Shown: positions 1 through 10,183 of the stretch, one piece after another
How positions within the stretch are numbered: position 1 is the stretch's first letter
Layout of the letters: every line of letters starts with the position of its first letter
Source of the DNA: Gemmatimonadales bacterium
GTDB lineage: Bacteria; Gemmatimonadota; Glassbacteria; GWA2-58-10
NCBI GenBank assembly: GCA_024278175.1
Contig: JAJRTS010000101.1
Span: 25,950 to 89,949 of the forward strand
Length of the DNA stretch: 64,000 nt
Reading direction: 5' to 3'
Translations under genes and position numbers: made by a program
The notes under the pieces: model-generated
What the model saw: the letters and a program-made list of their open reading frames with translations, nothing else
What the model was told of the DNA's origin: nothing
Database searches by the model: none

Positions 1-164
1 GGCCGTTCCGATTTTAACGGATTGAGATATTAAATGTTATTAACCTTCTCCAGCTTTAAGAACGGCTCCCATTTCAGTATGCCTGGAACGCCCTTGTCAG
101 CTTGTTTCCCTTTCTTTGAGGTTTTCTTAACTCTAGTAAATTGCTCCCCCACCAGCCGCCATCA

Positions 165-1316
165 TCACTTGCCCATAGAGGCGTGGCGGCGCGCCCAACT
201 GTCCGCCTCGAATATCTCCTCCAGCGAGGGTCCCTTAATCCGCGGCGCGGCGGCCAGAGCCTGTTCGATAACCCGCGGGATACCGGTAAAGCCGATCCTG
301 TCCCGGCTGAACAGGTCCACTGCCACTTCGTTGGCGGCGTTGAATACCGCCGGGGCGACTCCCCCGCTTCTGCCAGCTTCGCAGGCCAGATCCAGGCAGG
401 GGAAATTTTCGTTGTCCACCCGCTCGAAGTCCAGCCTGGCCAGCTCGGCGAAATCCGGGATATCGATTTTATTACTCAATCGTTCCGGGTAGGAAAGCGC
501 GTATTGAATCGGGATGCGCATGTCCGGCACGCCCAGGTGCGCCATCACCGCCCCGTCGCCGAACACGGCCATACCATGCACGATCGACTGCGGATGTACC
601 AGCACGTCGATCTGTTCATACCCCAGCGCGAACAGATAGTGCGCCTCGATAACCTCCAACCCCTTGTTGGCCAGGGTCGCCGAATCGACCGTGATCTTGG
701 GCCCCATCGCCCAGGTGGGGTGCTTGAGGCTGTCCCGGTAGCGCACCTGCTCCAGGCGATTTTTGTCAAAGCCCCGGAACGGCCCGCCGCTGGCTGTGAT
801 AACAACCCTCTCCAGCCCACCGCCCCCCCCGTGCCCCTCGATCAACTGGAACAGGGCACTGTGCTCGCTGTCCACCGGTATTATTTCCGCGCCCGGCGTT
901 TCAGCGGCCAGCCGCATCAACTGCTCCCCGGCCATCACAAGCGATTCCTTGTTAGCCAGGGCCAGGCGCTTGCCCGCCCTGAGCGCCGCCACCGAGGGTC
1001 CCAGGCCCGCCGAGCCGACCATCGCGTTAACCACGATATCCACATCGGGATGGGCGGCCAGTTCCTCCAGCGCGCTGCTTCCGGCGCTGCACTCGATAGC
1101 TCCGAGCGAGCGGCTGTCCAGGCCGGCAGCCGCTTCCGGGTCGGCCAGGCAGATCAGGGCGGCGCCGCACCCGCGGGCGGCACCGAGCAGCGTATCGGCG
1201 CTGCGCCTGGCCGCCAGGGCAAGCACCTCGTAGTGCCCGTCCTGCTCGGTCACGACCGACAAGCAGTTGCGCCCGATAGAGCCGGTGGCGCCTAATATCG
1301 CAAGAGTCTTTGCCAT
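165..1316 (-). CDS. dxr: 1-deoxy-D-xylulose 5-phosphate reductoisomerase
   Basis: LAILGATGSIGRN NADPH-binding motif, PVDSEHSALFQ and HPTWAMGPKITVDSATLANKGLEVIEAH blocks. The ORF-track start 1328 is a TTG overlapping the cdsA stop; ATG at 1316 (MAKTLAILG) is preferred. Confidence 0.93.
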   Translation of the reverse strand: MAKTLAILGATGSIGRNCLSVVTEQDGHYEVLALAARRSADTLLGAARGCGAALICLADPEAAAGLDSRSLGAIECSAGSSALEELAAHPDVDIVVNAMVGSAGLGPSVAALRAGKRLALANKESLVMAGEQLMRLAAETPGAEIIPVDSEHSALFQLIEGHGGGGGLERVVITASGGPFRGFDKNRLEQVRYRDSLKHPTWAMGPKITVDSATLANKGLEVIEAHYLFALGYEQIDVLVHPQSIVHGMAVFGDGAVMAHLGVPDMRIPIQYALSYPERLSNKIDIPDFAELARLDFERVDNENFPCLDLACEAGRSGGVAPAVFNAANEVAVDLFSRDRIGFTGIPRVIEQALAAAPRIKGPSLEEIFEADSWARRHASMGK

Positions 1317-1324
1317 CTGTGTTA

Positions 1325-2134
1325 TCAACCGACCAGTAGTTTAATAATCAGCGTCAGGGGCACAACAAACAGAAAACTGTCGAACCTGTCGAGCAGGCCG
1401 CCGTGGCCCGGCAGGATATTCGAGGAGTCCTTCACTCCCACGTCACGCTTGAACACGCTCTCGACCAGGTCCCCGGCGGGAGCAATCACGGCGACAGCGA
1501 CAGCGTATATCACGGCGGTCTCTGCTCCAAAGAGTCCCATCACACCCGAGCCCACGCCCCAACTGAGCGCAACGGCGAACAGCAGTCCTCCCACAGCGCC
1601 TTCCCAGGTTTTGCCCGGACTGAGCCCGGGGCACAGCTTGTGTCTGCCCAGCAGCCTGCCCGCCACGTACCCGCCGATATCCACCACCCAGGTCATCAGG
1701 TAGGCCAGCAGCAGCCAGTGTGCTCCGTTGCCGCCATGACGCAACGGGACCTGCAGCGCGAACAGCCCGCCGAAATAAACAATCCCGAACCCCGTTACCG
1801 AGATGCGGGAAATAAAACCGTCAGTTTCAACCCCCGAGAACATTGCGGCCACGGCGGCCACGGCAGGCGCGATAAGCAACGCCAGCGGGAAGATCCAGTT
1901 ATGGTTCAGCTCGGCACCGGCATACGCCGCCACGGGCAGCAAAAAAGCCAGCGCCATCCCGCTGCGCGCAAAAGCGCCGTGGTACTTTATTCTCGCCAGA
2001 TTATAGAATTCACGGCTGCACAGCAGCGTCTGGGCAGCCACCATCAGCAGCAACGGCCAGGAGCCTAGCCGGATAAGCAGATAGATCGCCGGTGCGCCAA
2101 CCACACCGACAACAATACGTTGCAGGAGGTTCAA
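1325..2134 (-). CDS. cdsA: phosphatidate cytidylyltransferase (CDP-diglyceride synthase)
   Basis: Polytopic membrane protein with the C-terminal signature SNILPGHGGLLDRFDS. Sits in the classical uppS-cdsA-dxr order. Confidence 0.9.
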   Translation of the reverse strand: MNLLQRIVVGVVGAPAIYLLIRLGSWPLLLMVAAQTLLCSREFYNLARIKYHGAFARSGMALAFLLPVAAYAGAELNHNWIFPLALLIAPAVAAVAAMFSGVETDGFISRISVTGFGIVYFGGLFALQVPLRHGGNGAHWLLLAYLMTWVVDIGGYVAGRLLGRHKLCPGLSPGKTWEGAVGGLLFAVALSWGVGSGVMGLFGAETAVIYAVAVAVIAPAGDLVESVFKRDVGVKDSSNILPGHGGLLDRFDSFLFVVPLTLIIKLLVG

Positions 2135-2198
2135 CTACTTTCCCTCCCGCAATAGTGTCTTGTTAGCCAGCTTCCACCGCAGCACGATACCCACCGCC

Positions 2199-2948
2199 TC
2201 ATACCGAACTCTTGACCATGCCGAACCGCCGCTCCCGCTTTTGAAAGTCGAGAATGGCCTCGTATAAATCGGCTTTACGGAAATCCGGCCAGAGCACGGA
2301 CGTAATATAAAATTCCGTGTATGCTATCTGCCAGAGCAGGAAATTACTGATCCTCATTTCCCCGCTTGTACGAATCAGCAAGTCGGGATCGGGAAGGCCA
2401 TCCGTATAGAGCTTTTCCGCGATTTGTTCCTCGCCAATATCGCCGGGATCGAGCTTCCCGGTCGCAATTTCGCGGCCCAGCGCGCGCACCGCGTCAACAA
2501 TCTCCGCGCGGCTGCCGTAACTGATAGCCAGGTTGAGCACCATCGAAGAGCATGAAGAGGTATATTCCATCGCCTCCTCCATCGCTTCCCTGGCCGCCGG
2601 AGCCACTTTTTCCATGCGTCCCAGACACTGCAGACGGATATCGTTTTCTCTAAGGTTGTTTCGCTCACGCTCGATATAGTGGCGCAGCAGGCGCATCAGC
2701 ACCTTGATCTCGGCCGCCGGGCGCTTCCAGTTTTCCTCGCTGAACGCGTAAAGGGTCAATGCCTCGCAGCCCACATCCCGGCAGCCTTCCACCACGGCGC
2801 GCACGGCATGCATTCCGTGCTGATGGCCGAACACGCGCGGTTTGCCGCGTTCCTGCGCCCAGCGTCCATTGCCGTCCATAATAATAGCCACGTGACGGGG
2901 AATATTTCCGCCGGAGATTATCTGCTCTTTCAACTGCTGCTCGCTCAT
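2199..2948 (-). CDS. uppS: undecaprenyl diphosphate synthase (cis-prenyltransferase)
   Basis: HVAIIMDGNGRWA and DLLIRTSGEMRISNFLLWQIAYTEFY motifs. ATG at 2948 is preceded by GGAGAA; the longer ORF-track start at 2996 is unlikely. Confidence 0.93.
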   Translation of the reverse strand: MSEQQLKEQIISGGNIPRHVAIIMDGNGRWAQERGKPRVFGHQHGMHAVRAVVEGCRDVGCEALTLYAFSEENWKRPAAEIKVLMRLLRHYIERERNNLRENDIRLQCLGRMEKVAPAAREAMEEAMEYTSSCSSMVLNLAISYGSRAEIVDAVRALGREIATGKLDPGDIGEEQIAEKLYTDGLPDPDLLIRTSGEMRISNFLLWQIAYTEFYITSVLWPDFRKADLYEAILDFQKRERRFGMVKSSV

Positions 2949-3045
2949 TTCTCCACTATCGTTGAATAATCCGTAACAGACAATATAAGTTATCACAAAT
3001 TCATATTATTAGCAACAAAGGCAGGCCCGAAAGCCTCGGAAGGGC

Positions 3046-3080
3046 AACAAAAATCCCCGCCGGGAAAACCGAGCGGGGAT
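3046..3080 (-). terminator. rho-independent terminator after frr (T-runs on both sides, possibly bidirectional)
   Basis: Inverted repeat atccccgc (3053-3060) / gcggggat (3073-3080), followed on the minus strand by TTTTGTT. Lies between the frr stop and the uppS start. Confidence 0.55.
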
Positions 3081-3129
3081 TTTTCAATGTCTTTATAGTC
3101 ATACCTTTAGCCAGAGCCTGGCGCAAAAC

Positions 3130-3687
3130 TCAGACTTCCATAATCTCTTCTTCCTTGTGCGCAAGCAACTCGTCCAGCTTTTTGGTAAAATCGGCCGTGA
3201 GTTCCTGCACTTTTTCCAGACCGGTGTGCATCTGATCCTCGCTTACCACACTGTCCTTCTCTGCTTTCTTAAGCTCGTCGTTGGCTTCCTTGCGGGCATG
3301 GCGCACACTCACCCGGCCCTGTTCGGCGATTTTATGAGCCAGCCGCACCAGTTCCCTGCGGCGCTCCTCGTTGAGCTGGGGGATCGGGATCCGGATCACG
3401 CTCCCATCGTTGGAGGGCGTCAGGCCCAGGTCCGAGCTCTGGATGGCTTTCATGATCGCACCAATCTGCGTCTTGTCCCATGGTTGAACCATCAGCAGGC
3501 GCGGCTCCGGCGCGCTGACAGTGCCGAGCTGGTTGAGCGGCATCATGGAACCATATGCATCAACCTGAATGTGCTCCAGCAGGCCGGGAGAGGCTTTGCC
3601 GGTACGGATTGCCTGGAACTCGTGGCGAATTCCTTCCACCGCGGCTTCCATTTTTCCCTCTGTTTCATTGAGCACTTTGTCGATCAT
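3130..3687 (-). CDS. frr: ribosome recycling factor
   Basis: [46 protein letters not shown]... is typical Frr. ATG at 3687 forms an ATGA overlap with the pyrH stop; the ORF-track N-terminal extension is discarded. Confidence 0.93.
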   Translation of the reverse strand: MIDKVLNETEGKMEAAVEGIRHEFQAIRTGKASPGLLEHIQVDAYGSMMPLNQLGTVSAPEPRLLMVQPWDKTQIGAIMKAIQSSDLGLTPSNDGSVIRIPIPQLNEERRRELVRLAHKIAEQGRVSVRHARKEANDELKKAEKDSVVSEDQMHTGLEKVQELTADFTKKLDELLAHKEEEIMEV

Positions 3688-4403
3688 TTTTCGTCCTCCA
3701 CGATTGTGCCGATATGTTCGCCGGCCACTATCCTTGCCAGCGCCCCCTGCCTGCTCATATTGAATACCTGGATCGGGAGGTGATTGTCCATACACAATGA
3801 GATAGCCGTTGTATCCATCACCCTGATTTCCTTCTGGAGAACTTCCAGGTATGTCAGGCGGGGAATGAACTCCGCGGTTTTATCCTTCACCGGATCAGCG
3901 GTGTAGATTCCATCGACTTTGGTCCCTTTGAGGATTACCTGGCTTTCCGTTTCAATAGCGCGCAGGACCGCCGCCGTATCCGTGGAAAAATAGGGATTAC
4001 CGGTTCCCCCGGCGAATATCACTACCCTCTTTTTCTCCAGATGCCTGATCGCCCGCCGGCGGATGTATGGCTCGGCAAGCTGCTCCATCCTGATCGCCGT
4101 CATCACCCGCGTGGCCACGCCCCTGGATTCGAGCATGTTCTGCACCGCCAGAGCGTTGATTACCGTGGCCAACATACCCATGTAGTCGCCGGAAACCCGC
4201 TCGATGCCGTGCTCGGAAGCCATCGTCCCGCGGATTATATTACCGCCGCCGATAACCAGGCCCAGTTCTACCCCCTGGGCTTGAATGTCTTCTATATCCG
4301 TAATCAGAGTTTCGAGACGGCCGGGGGCCAATTTCTGATTTTCCGAGGAGAGGGCCTCCCCGCTCAGTTTCAGCAACACTCTGCTGTACTTTAGTTCGGC
4401 CAT
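3684..4403 (-). CDS. pyrH: UMP kinase
   Basis: [14 protein letters not shown] and GGGNIIRG motifs. Start chosen at MAELKYSRV (4403). Confidence 0.93.
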   Translation of the reverse strand: MAELKYSRVLLKLSGEALSSENQKLAPGRLETLITDIEDIQAQGVELGLVIGGGNIIRGTMASEHGIERVSGDYMGMLATVINALAVQNMLESRGVATRVMTAIRMEQLAEPYIRRRAIRHLEKKRVVIFAGGTGNPYFSTDTAAVLRAIETESQVILKGTKVDGIYTADPVKDKTAEFIPRLTYLEVLQKEIRVMDTTAISLCMDNHLPIQVFNMSRQGALARIVAGEHIGTIVEDEK

Positions 4404-4488
4404 CAGCGTTCTGGGGATGGAAGAATGGTGCCGGCCCACGCCAGTTTCAGTGCCTGGCGCGGGTCAGTCAGATTAGGACTCTCGCAGC

Positions 4489-5082
4489 TCACTGGCCGAG
4501 TTGGAAACGGGCAAAGCGCCTGACCTGGACGTTTTCGCCCAGCTTACCTGCCAGTTCCTTTACCAATGTGCCGATCGTCCTGTCGGGGTCCTTGACGAAA
4601 GGCTGCTCCAGGAGGCAGACTTCCTGAAAAAACTTGTCCAGCCGGCCTTCGACAATTCTCTCGATAACTTTCTCCGGCTTGCCGCTGGCAATTGCCTGTT
4701 CCCTGTAGATAGACTTTTCTTTCTCCACTAACGCCGTGTCAATTTCCTCCCGGCTGAGAGCGTCGGGATTGGAAGCGGCGATATGCATCGCTACATCCTT
4801 GGCCAATGCCTGGAAATCATCGGTACGGGCCACGAAATCGGTCTCGCAGTTAACTTCCAGCAGGACACCGATCTTGCCGCCCATATGGATGTATGAATAA
4901 ATGATACCCTCGCGGGCTTCCCGGTCCTGGCGCTTGGCCGCCTTCATCGTTCCCTTCTTGCGCAGGATGTCCGTAGCCTTTTCCTGATCTCCGCCAGCCT
5001 CTTCCAGCGCGCGCTTACAATCCATCATCCCCGCCCCGGAGGCCTTGCGAAGAGCCTGTACGGCGGCTGCCGTGATTGCCAT
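4489..5082 (-). CDS. tsf: translation elongation factor Ts (short form)
   Basis: N-terminal UBA-like MAITAAAVQALRKASGAGMMDCKRALEEAGGD and TDFVARTDDFQ motif. Canonical rpsB-tsf-pyrH-frr order. Confidence 0.92.
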   Translation of the reverse strand: MAITAAAVQALRKASGAGMMDCKRALEEAGGDQEKATDILRKKGTMKAAKRQDREAREGIIYSYIHMGGKIGVLLEVNCETDFVARTDDFQALAKDVAMHIAASNPDALSREEIDTALVEKEKSIYREQAIASGKPEKVIERIVEGRLDKFFQEVCLLEQPFVKDPDRTIGTLVKELAGKLGENVQVRRFARFQLGQ

Positions 5083-5161
5083 TGTTACACCTCACCATAG
5101 CTTGCATTTTCAATAATATGGAAATATCGCCAACGCCCGAGCATCCGCCAAAGACAATATT

Positions 5162-6397
5162 TCAGTCTTTCTTCCCTTCCTTTTCCTTACCCGCCGCCTT
5201 AGCCACGGGAGCGGAAGGGGCGCTACTGCCGGCGCTGCTCTTTTTCTCTACAGGTTTTTTAGCCTTTGCTTCTTTCTTCCCGGCAGCCTTGGAAGCGCCG
5301 GCATTTCCTTTTTCAGCGGCAGGACCGCTCCTGGCAGCCGGTTTTTTCTCGGCCGATTTCTTTACCGCCGCTGCTTTCGGCTTCTCCGCCGCTGGCGCGG
5401 CCTTTGCGCTGTCAGTACCTTTCCTGGCCGGCGCCCTGGCAGAAGCTTTTTTCTCGGAAGCCTTTGCAGAGGACTCTTTGCTGGCCGATGCGCTCTTAAC
5501 ATTATCCACTTTGGGCCCCGGGTGTGTGGCTTGCGCTCCGTGCTGCGGAACGCCGCCCTCGGCCACCGTGCGTTTCTTTCTTGTCCTGCGCCTGGGGCGC
5601 TGCCTGCGGCCCTGTTCTCCAGCGCGGGAATCCCCCCCACCCTGAGCCCCTTGGTGCTGCTGCTCCTGCTGCTGTTTCTTCTCGGCCTCACGGCTTGCGG
5701 TTTTCTGGTCGTACTCGGCCTTACCGTCAATCACCGCATCGGCGATAGCTTCCGTGACGACTTTCACCGAGCGGATGGCGTCGTCGTTACCAGCCACCGG
5801 GAAGGATATTTTTTCCGGATCGGCGTTTGTATCTATCAGAGCGATCAGCGGGATACCGAGCTTGTTGGCCTCCGCCACCGCGATTTTTTCTTTCTGAGCG
5901 TCAACCACGAACATCGCGCTGGGGATATCTCCCAGCATCTTGATCCCCTCCAGGGTCTTCTTCAGCTTGTCCAGCTCACGCACCAGCGACAGGCCTTCCT
6001 TCTTTGAGCGCACTTCAAACTCGCCCTCGTCGCGCATCCGCTCCAGTTCGCGCAGACGGCGGATGTTCTTTTTGATAGTCTGGAAATTGGTCATCATTCC
6101 GCCCAGCCAGCGATCGTTGACATAGTACATGCTACAGCGCTCGGCCTCGTCGCGGATGATGTCCTTAAGCTGTTTTTTGGTACCGACGAACAGAATATTA
6201 CCGCCCTCGGCGGCGATATCACGAACCTTGTCGGCGGCCACTTTGAGATGGTTGAGCGTTTTTTTCAGGTCGATAATATGAATACCGTTACGTTCGGCGA
6301 AGATGAACTTTTTCATCTTCGGGTTCCAGCGACGGGTCTGGTGACCGAAATGAACGCCTGACTCCAATAAATCCTGGATAGTCGGGAATGCCATCAA
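5162..6397 (-). CDS. rpsB: 30S ribosomal protein S2 with ~175-aa Lys/Ala/Arg-rich C-terminal extension
   Basis: GVHFGHQTRRWNPKM and the S2 core cover about the first 235 aa. The remainder is low-complexity basic sequence (AEKKPAARSGPAAEKGNAGASKAAGKKEAKAKKP...). Confidence 0.92.
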   Translation of the reverse strand: MMAFPTIQDLLESGVHFGHQTRRWNPKMKKFIFAERNGIHIIDLKKTLNHLKVAADKVRDIAAEGGNILFVGTKKQLKDIIRDEAERCSMYYVNDRWLGGMMTNFQTIKKNIRRLRELERMRDEGEFEVRSKKEGLSLVRELDKLKKTLEGIKMLGDIPSAMFVVDAQKEKIAVAEANKLGIPLIALIDTNADPEKISFPVAGNDDAIRSVKVVTEAIADAVIDGKAEYDQKTASREAEKKQQQEQQHQGAQGGGDSRAGEQGRRQRPRRRTRKKRTVAEGGVPQHGAQATHPGPKVDNVKSASASKESSAKASEKKASARAPARKGTDSAKAAPAAEKPKAAAVKKSAEKKPAARSGPAAEKGNAGASKAAGKKEAKAKKPVEKKSSAGSSAPSAPVAKAAGKEKEGKKD

Positions 6398-6503
6398 CTC
6401 TCCTTCGGGGGATCATCTCCCAATAGAAAAATAACTGCCAGTACGGATGCAGGGACCGCTTCCGGCGCGGCCCCTTGGAAAAAACGGGATAAGTGATAAA
6501 GAA

Positions 6504-6917
6504 TTAACGCTTGGAGAACTGGAAGCGTTTGCGGGCCTTGGGCTGGCCGTATTTCTTGCGCTCGACCATTCTCGGATCGCGGGTCAGCAGACCCTCCTTG
6601 CGCAAGGGAGAGCGAAAAGACTCATCCAACTCAACCAGCGCACGAGCGAGGCCGAGACGGATAGCGCCGGCCTGACCACTGACTCCGCCGCCCTTTACAT
6701 TGACCCGCACCTTGTACTGGCCCAGCGTTTCGGTGGCGGCCAGCGGTTGTTCGACCAACTGGACATGGGTAGGCCGGACGAAATAGCCGGTCAATGTGCG
6801 GCCGTTGATCTCCCATTCACCCTTGCCCGGGCTGACGAAAACCCTGGCAACGCTGGTCTTGCGCCGTCCTACAGTCAAGACCGTTTTGCTGTCCTTTTCC
6901 AAATTACCAACCTCCAT
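6504..6917 (-). CDS. rpsI: 30S ribosomal protein S9
   Basis: [19 protein letters not shown] and C-terminal [18 protein letters not shown]. Confidence 0.93.
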   Translation of the reverse strand: MEVGNLEKDSKTVLTVGRRKTSVARVFVSPGKGEWEINGRTLTGYFVRPTHVQLVEQPLAATETLGQYKVRVNVKGGGVSGQAGAIRLGLARALVELDESFRSPLRKEGLLTRDPRMVERKKYGQPKARKRFQFSKR

Positions 6918-6973
6918 AGTTTACTTTTTGCGAACACGAACCGTCATTGCCGGCCCGACCCGCGGCCTGCCGG

Positions 6974-7414
6974 TCAGGAACCGCTCTTGATTTCCAACTT
7001 CTCAGGCTGCTGGGCCTGATGCGGATGGTCCGCGCCCGCGTACACCTTAAGCTTTGTAAGCTGACTGCGGCCCAGACGGTTGTGCGGCAGCATACCTTTT
7101 ACGGCACGCATGATCACACGCTCGGGATGAGTCTGCAACAGCTTGTCCAGACGGACAGTCTTGGCCCCGCCGGGGTAGCCGCTATGACGGAAGTAGAGCT
7201 TCTGCTCCACCTTCCGGCCGGTAAGCCGAACCTTCTCGGCATTGACCACGATCACAAAATCACCGGTATCGAGATGCGGGGCGAAATACGTCTTATGCTT
7301 GCCCCTGAGCACCTGGCTGATTTCGCTGGCCAACCGGCCCAGCACCTTGCCGGTGGCGTCCACAATATACCACTTCTTCTCAATATCCTTGGGTGTTACC
7401 GAAAATGTCTGCAT
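6974..7414 (-). CDS. rplM: 50S ribosomal protein L13
   Basis: [29 protein letters not shown] is typical L13. Lies upstream of rpsI as usual. Confidence 0.93.
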   Translation of the reverse strand: MQTFSVTPKDIEKKWYIVDATGKVLGRLASEISQVLRGKHKTYFAPHLDTGDFVIVVNAEKVRLTGRKVEQKLYFRHSGYPGGAKTVRLDKLLQTHPERVIMRAVKGMLPHNRLGRSQLTKLKVYAGADHPHQAQQPEKLEIKSGS

Positions 7415-7530
7415 AAATCCCTACCCGGGGTACTAAAATGCCGCCGTGAAAAAGGAACACAGTTGAAAAAGGCGTGCGGCAGGATCGTAATGCCGCGCGC
7501 CGCCCGTTATTATCAGGAAATAGATTTGTT

Positions 7531-7559
7531 AAATTAACAAGCTGTAAATCTTTTGTCAA
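7531..7559 (-). promoter_or_regulatory. candidate sigma70-type promoter of rplM-rpsI
   Basis: On the minus strand, TTGACA (7559-7554), 17-nt spacer, TAATTT (7536-7531), about 115 nt upstream of the rplM ATG. Sequence match only. Confidence 0.4.
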
Positions 7560-7577
7560 TAGATTTTTATTTGATTT

Positions 7578-8831
7578 TCAGTCTTCCCGGCGGCTCCGGC
7601 GCGGGATCCTGGTCCACTTTTCGAAGATCGAAAGGGAAACCATCACCCGCAAAACTTTCTCCGTGGGATACGCCGGGTTGTCGATCTTGCGGTCGACCAG
7701 CTCCAGGGTCATGTTGAGCAGGCCCTTGTTGCGCCCGAAATAGTTGCCGGCCCCCAGGCTGAACACCCGCTCACCGGCACGAGCGCCATCGAGCTCGTAG
7801 CCGTAAGTGGTCCTGCTGTAGCCGGCCCGCAGCGGGAACGCGCGATACCAGGGCTCGCCCTCGCCGCGACGCGGCAGAAGCTCGGCGCCCACGCTCCAGG
7901 TCCACTGATCGCCGGACGTAACCGGGTCGGTAAGCTTCAGATTGGACTTGCTCCAACCCTCATACTCAAGATCCGACGCCACCATCAGCACGGAACCGAT
8001 CCGATGCGAAACGCCCATCCGCCAGTTGGTGGGATATTCCAGCTTACGTGATTGCTCCACGGATACCCCGCTGAACCGGTTATTTTCCCTGTATATCAAC
8101 TCGCGGTCCTGGTTCCCGCTGGTGGAGGCCGACCAGGAAAAACCCAAATTCGTTCCACCAAACGAAGCGAACAGGCCCAGGGTTGGCCGGACAAAAGAGT
8201 ATCTATCGTTGAAAGCATCCCGGCTGTTGACGAAATCGCCGCCGGGAGCGAACTGCATGGTACGAGTACGCTCAGCCTTGCCGAACATCCAGTCGATCCC
8301 CAGGCCCAGGGCCAGATGATCGCCCAGGTTGCGGGCCACGCTCAACCTGCTCAGGTACAGGCCGCCCTTGGACTTCAGGTCCCTGGCCACCGGGGACTCA
8401 AGAAACGAAACGTCAACAGTGTCCGTATACTCCCAGCTCATATCGCGCCACTGACGGACACCGAACCCGACAACGAAACCGTAGTAGGACGGGAATATGC
8501 CCCGCAGGCCCAGAAAACTTGAGGAGCGAAGGTTGTAGCTGCCGGCACCGTCGTCCAGAGTGGTAAAGTCCTGGGACGCGCTGGCGGTAAAGCCGCTGCG
8601 CCAGAAATTGATCGTCCGGGCCGGGTTGGTGAACGAAAAGCTCTCGCCGCCCAGCGCCGTGCCGACACCGCCCATGCCCCTGCTTCTCGCGTCCACCGAC
8701 CCCACCGGCAGCCCCAGATGGGGAGCCGCGAAACGGGAATCCGCCAGCAGCGAAACCGGGGAGATCAGTGTCGTCGCCAGAACCAGCGCAACAACTGCTC
8801 GCAGGAAGATATCTGTACTATTGCGCCTCAT
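7578..8831 (-). CDS. outer-membrane beta-barrel protein, possibly PorV/PorQ- or FadL-like
   Basis: Signal peptide (LRAVVALVLATTLISPVSLLA). N-terminal ARSRGMGGVGTALGGESFSFTNPA resembles the GMGGA...NPA plug motif I recall for PorV/PorQ-family barrels. Alternating aromatic/small residues continue throughout. The ATGA overlap with the upstream lipoprotein gene suggests translational coupling. Confidence 0.5.
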   Translation of the reverse strand: MRRNSTDIFLRAVVALVLATTLISPVSLLADSRFAAPHLGLPVGSVDARSRGMGGVGTALGGESFSFTNPARTINFWRSGFTASASQDFTTLDDGAGSYNLRSSSFLGLRGIFPSYYGFVVGFGVRQWRDMSWEYTDTVDVSFLESPVARDLKSKGGLYLSRLSVARNLGDHLALGLGIDWMFGKAERTRTMQFAPGGDFVNSRDAFNDRYSFVRPTLGLFASFGGTNLGFSWSASTSGNQDRELIYRENNRFSGVSVEQSRKLEYPTNWRMGVSHRIGSVLMVASDLEYEGWSKSNLKLTDPVTSGDQWTWSVGAELLPRRGEGEPWYRAFPLRAGYSRTTYGYELDGARAGERVFSLGAGNYFGRNKGLLNMTLELVDRKIDNPAYPTEKVLRVMVSLSIFEKWTRIPRRSRRED

Positions 8832-10183
8832 GGCTTCGCGTCTTCCGGGGCATCGGTGTAAATCAGTTCAAGTACCGGGCGGCGGCTCTGTTCGGGCCAA
8901 TCGGGGGGATAAAACTGGACGTAGCCACCCACGTTGACCCCCGTATTACTTCCCAGTCCGATAGAATATCCCGCACCGGCGCTGTCAATCGCCAGTACTC
9001 TTTGCAGGCTCAGGGTAACATCCAGGGCCAGGCTGTCCGAATCCAGACCGACGCCCTGGCTTACACTGAGGCTGGTCGACTCGTAATCCACATACTCCTT
9101 GCCCCCGGAGGTAAACACGACAACGTAACACGTGTCCACATAGGCCGCGTCAAACACCGATACATGCAGCAACGCCCTGTTGATTGTCGCCTGGGAGGGC
9201 AACAGGCTCAGATCATACTGAAAAAAAGTCTGGCGGGCGGGCGTGTCGCCCACCGTCAACATGGCCGGATCCAACGTGCCGGTAAACTCCGTAACCGTGG
9301 CATCGCCCTTGGCGCGGCGCTCTAACGCGGAGTTGGTGGTGCTGCCCTCTACCCGGTAGGTCAGGTCGATCTGGCTGGCCACCGCCGCTTGCGGAGACAA
9401 TTCGCGGGCCACGCAACTGAACCAGGCGTCGTGATCGCCAGGCACCAGGACCAGCGGAGCACTCTCATCTCCGGCGCGAATCAACCGGTTGATCACCAGC
9501 GTATCGAGCAACACAACCATCGTGTCGATAGTTCCACCGCCGAACTGCTCGCCGCTGAACTCGAAACTACCCAGCAACCCGTCGCCGGAGTAGTCACCAC
9601 CCGCACTTTGCCACGGCTGAGCGTCGGAAGCCATCTCCCAGCTTACCTCTTCCTCGACAAAATCCTGGTCCAGCAGGTACACTCCCACTTGCAGCGGCAC
9701 ACCGGGACTGTAGTTCTCGTAGCTGACGATAAAAAGCCGCATGGTGGCCGATATCACCGTGGCGTCGGAGGGCAGCGAGGTGAGCAGAAAACTGAACATG
9801 CCGCGCATGTGAAACTTGTCGCGGTTGCCGATGTAGATTCTCTCCTGCGTACCGCGGCTGACCGCCCCGGACCCGACCGAGACAGCCTCGGCAGGCTGGG
9901 CGAAAGTCAACTGTTGGGGCAGCGTTCCCAGCAAACCGCCGGGGATTAACAGCGAGCCACCGCCGCTGACGGTTTCCTCGCTGCACGAAACAATCAGTGC
10001 AGCAAGTGTAATCAGAGAGAGTAACAGTATGGATTTAACAGAAACCGAATTCAAGCTTACCCCGTTAGCAGCGCCGCTTAAACGGCGCAAGTAAAAAACC
10101 TCCCGGCAGTACGCGGCGGGAGGAAAGCGCACTAAAACGAAAAAAATAACAGGTATGAAATATAATACGTGGGGGCCGGACAA
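8828..10183 (-). CDS. hypothetical secreted lipoprotein
   Basis: Lipobox LAALIVSC after a hydrophobic segment. The true start is probably internal (TTG at 10054 gives M-NSVSVKSILLLSLITLAALIVSC). Two internal segments resemble each other (LPSDATVISATMRLFIV / LPSQATINRALLHVSVF). No confident family assignment. Confidence 0.55.
   Translation of the reverse strand: MSGPHVLYFIPVIFFVLVRFPPAAYCREVFYLRRLSGAANGVSLNSVSVKSILLLSLITLAALIVSCSEETVSGGGSLLIPGGLLGTLPQQLTFAQPAEAVSVGSGAVSRGTQERIYIGNRDKFHMRGMFSFLLTSLPSDATVISATMRLFIVSYENYSPGVPLQVGVYLLDQDFVEEEVSWEMASDAQPWQSAGGDYSGDGLLGSFEFSGEQFGGGTIDTMVVLLDTLVINRLIRAGDESAPLVLVPGDHDAWFSCVARELSPQAAVASQIDLTYRVEGSTTNSALERRAKGDATVTEFTGTLDPAMLTVGDTPARQTFFQYDLSLLPSQATINRALLHVSVFDAAYVDTCYVVVFTSGGKEYVDYESTSLSVSQGVGLDSDSLALDVTLSLQRVLAIDSAGAGYSIGLGSNTGVNVGGYVQFYPPDWPEQSRRPVLELIYTDAPEDAKP

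Noticed and set aside
1-164. Possible start of a gene such as rseP downstream of dxr, or a terminator hairpin ccgtt...aacgg at 4-20.
   Set aside because: Only an 10-codon ORF is present on the minus strand. The hairpin has a 5-bp stem with no T-run, which is insufficient evidence.
5362-5730. Several overlapping ORFs on both strands inside the rpsB tail region (also 5076-5645, 5266-5499, 5524-5748).
   Set aside because: They are low-complexity alternative frames of the Lys/Ala-rich S2 extension. None has an independent start context or a recognisable motif.
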